A stretch of DNA of 21,922 bases from an uncultured delta proteobacterium. GTDB taxonomy: Bacteria; Desulfobacterota; Desulfomonilia; UBA1062. The notes below the pieces were generated by a model. The model did no database searches, was not told the DNA's origin, and saw only the letters and a program-made list of their open reading frames with translations. This document shows positions 19,879 to 21,922 of the stretch, piece after piece (position 1 is the first letter of the stretch; each line of letters starts with the position of its first letter). Both the position numbers and the translations under genes were made by a program. The stretch is from the NCBI GenBank assembly GCA_963752595.1, contig CAVVYZ010000011.1, forward strand, positions 1-21,922, given 5' to 3'.

Positions 19879-21921
19879 TTATAAGCCCGGCGGATCAAGA
19901 ATTTTTCTGGCTCCTTCGCAGTCCTGAATATCCTGGTGATACTGCTGCAGCGGTTTGACCGTATCCTTGCCTTTCCGGTAAGCCTCGATCCCCTTTGCTG
20001 CGGCCGTGGCTGCTGCTAAGGTGGTGATATACGGCACCTTGTACCTGATTGCAGCCTTCCTGATGTAGGAATCGTCATGCTTGCTGAGCTTGCCGCTCGG
20101 GGTGTTGATGATCAGGTCATACTCACGGTTCTTGATCCCGTCTACGATGTTTGGCCTTCCTTCGTGGAGCTTGAGCACCATTTCGGAACTGATCCCGTTC
20201 TCACGCAAAAACTTGTACGTTCCCCTGGTGGTCTTTATCTTGAAACCGAGAGAGCTGAAGAGCCTGGCGGCTTCCAGAACAGCCGGCCGCTCTCTCCGGG
20301 AGACGGTCAGCAGTACGGTCCCTTCCTTGGGAAGTATCTGCGATGCAGCCTCGGATGCTTTGTAGAACGCCAGCCCGAAAGACGGGGCCATGCCGAGAAC
20401 CTCGCCGGTGGAGCGCATTTCGGGCCCGAGCAGCGGATCGACCTCAGGGAACATGTTGAACGGGAATACCGCCTCCTTCACGCCGAAGTGGGGGATGATC
20501 CTCTGGTGCAGGTCAAAGTCAGCAAGTTTCTTGCCCAGGACGACCTGGGTAGCGATCCGTGCCATGGGGATATTGCATACCTTGGAGACGAGCGGCACGG
20601 TTCTCGATGCCCGGGGGTTCGCTTCAAGAACATAGACTGTGTCTTTGTGGATGGCATATTGCATGTTCATGAGGCCGACCACGCCCAGTTCGACGGCTAT
20701 CCTTTTGGTGTACTCGGTGATGGTTTCGAGGTGCTTGGGTGGTATGCTGATGGGAGGGATCACGCACGCCGAATCGCCCGAATGGACTCCTGCCTGTTCG
20801 ATATGCTCCATAACTGCCGGGACAAAGGCATCATGGCCGTCCGAGATGGCATCGGCCTCCGCCTCGATGGCATTGTCGAGAAACTTGTCGATGAGGATGG
20901 GCCTTTCCGGGGTGACGTCAACGGCTGCACGGACATATTCCTTCAGCATATCTTCATCGTGCACCACTTCCATGCCGCGTCCTCCCAGCACATAAGAGGG
21001 CCTCACCATGAGCGGATAGCCGATCCGGCCCGCCACGGCCAGGGCCTCTTCGAGGGTGCTTGCCATGCCGGATTCGGGCATGGGGATGCCGAGCTTGTCC
21101 ATCATTTGGCGGAACTGGTCCCTGTCCTCTGCGAGGTCGATGGTATATGGAGAGGTGCCGAGAATCTTCACGCCGGCCTTTTCGAGCTCGCTGGCGATAT
21201 TGAGCGGCGTCTGGCCTCCGAACTGGGCAATCACCCCTTCGGGCTTTTCCTTCTCGTAGATGCTCAAGACCTCTTCCACGGTAAGGGGCTCGAAATAGAG
21301 CTTGTTCGATGTGTCATAATCAGTGGAGACGGTCTCGGGGTTGCAGTTCACCATGATCGACTCGAAATCCATGTCCCTGATGGCGAATGCCGCATGCACG
21401 CAGCAGTAATCGAACTCGATGCCCTGGCCGATCCTGTTGGGGCCGCCGCCGAGCACCATGATCTTTTTCCGGCCGCTCACCGGAACCGTATCCTTGCCGT
21501 TATACGTGGAGTAATAGTATTCGGCATTCTCCACCCCGCTCACCGGAACCTTGTCCCATGCATGAACCACTCCGAGGGCGGTCCGCTTCTTCCTGATCTC
21601 TTCTTCGGTCTTGCCGAGCAGCTTGGCAAGGTAGCGGTCTGCGAATCCGTCCTTCTTGGCCTGTACGAGGAGCTCGTCGGGCAGCTCCTTGCCTTTGCAG
21701 GAGAGGATCTTTTCTTCGAGGTCCACGAGCTCTTTCATCTGGTTGATAAACCAAGCTTTCAGGTGCGTCCGCTGTTCGAGATCCGATATGCCCGCGCCTT
21801 TCCTCAGGGCCTCATACATGATGAACTGCCGCTCGCTCGAAGGCTCGCCCAGCATATCCAGCAGCGTCTTCAGGTCTTTTTCATGAAAATCCTTTGCGAA
21901 CCCGAGCCCGTAGCGCCCGAT
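19879..21921 (-). CDS. carB: Carbamoyl-phosphate synthase large subunit, intact frame but 5'-partial (runs off the window)
   Basis: Frame is open from the window edge (IGRYGLGFAKDF...). Contains the second ATP-grasp domain ([46 protein letters not shown]) and the MGS-like domain. Confidence 0.97.
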   Translation of the reverse strand: MGRYGLGFAKDFHEKDLKTLLDMLGEPSSERQFIMYEALRKGAGISDLEQRTHLKAWFINQMKELVDLEEKILSCKGKELPDELLVQAKKDGFADRYLAKLLGKTEEEIRKKRTALGVVHAWDKVPVSGVENAEYYYSTYNGKDTVPVSGRKKIMVLGGGPNRIGQGIEFDYCCVHAAFAIRDMDFESIMVNCNPETVSTDYDTSNKLYFEPLTVEEVLSIYEKEKPEGVIAQFGGQTPLNIASELEKAGVKILGTSPYTIDLAEDRDQFRQMMDKLGIPMPESGMASTLEEALAVAGRIGYPLMVRPSYVLGGRGMEVVHDEDMLKEYVRAAVDVTPERPILIDKFLDNAIEAEADAISDGHDAFVPAVMEHIEQAGVHSGDSACVIPPISIPPKHLETITEYTKRIAVELGVVGLMNMQYAIHKDTVYVLEANPRASRTVPLVSKVCNIPMARIATQVVLGKKLADFDLHQRIIPHFGVKEAVFPFNMFPEVDPLLGPEMRSTGEVLGMAPSFGLAFYKASEAASQILPKEGTVLLTVSRRERPAVLEAARLFSSLGFKIKTTRGTYKFLRENGISSEMVLKLHEGRPNIVDGIKNREYDLIINTPSGKLSKHDDSYIRKAAIRYKVPYITTLAAATAAAKGIEAYRKGKDTVKPLQQYHQDIQDCEGARKILDPPGL

Positions 21922-21922
21922 C

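Overview
The whole window is one giant, essentially spacer-less inverted repeat: bases ~2-10982 are mirrored by 10983-21922, folding at CCG|CGG (10980-10985) inside a secreted-protein gene, and both termini fall at the same point inside carB. The unique content is only ~11 kb of ordinary bacterial chromosome (a Desulfobacterota/deltaproteobacterial origin is my inference): 3' part of carB, a 3xPAS hybrid histidine kinase, a small lipoprotein, initiator tRNA-Met(CAT), and a tightly overlapped rarA - UDPGP/UAP-family pyrophosphorylase - Cache/PAS histidine kinase - secreted protein cluster. Every protein gene except rarA is intact in one arm and frameshifted in the other. Indels I could localise are mostly in homopolymers, and some blocks differ by codon-aware substitutions that look like alleles of related strains or species. 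The most parsimonious reading is a long-read fold-back artefact with mixed-population polishing, not a new biological system. The best candidate for new biology is a small structured RNA with an orphan intrinsic terminator between rarA and the tRNA.
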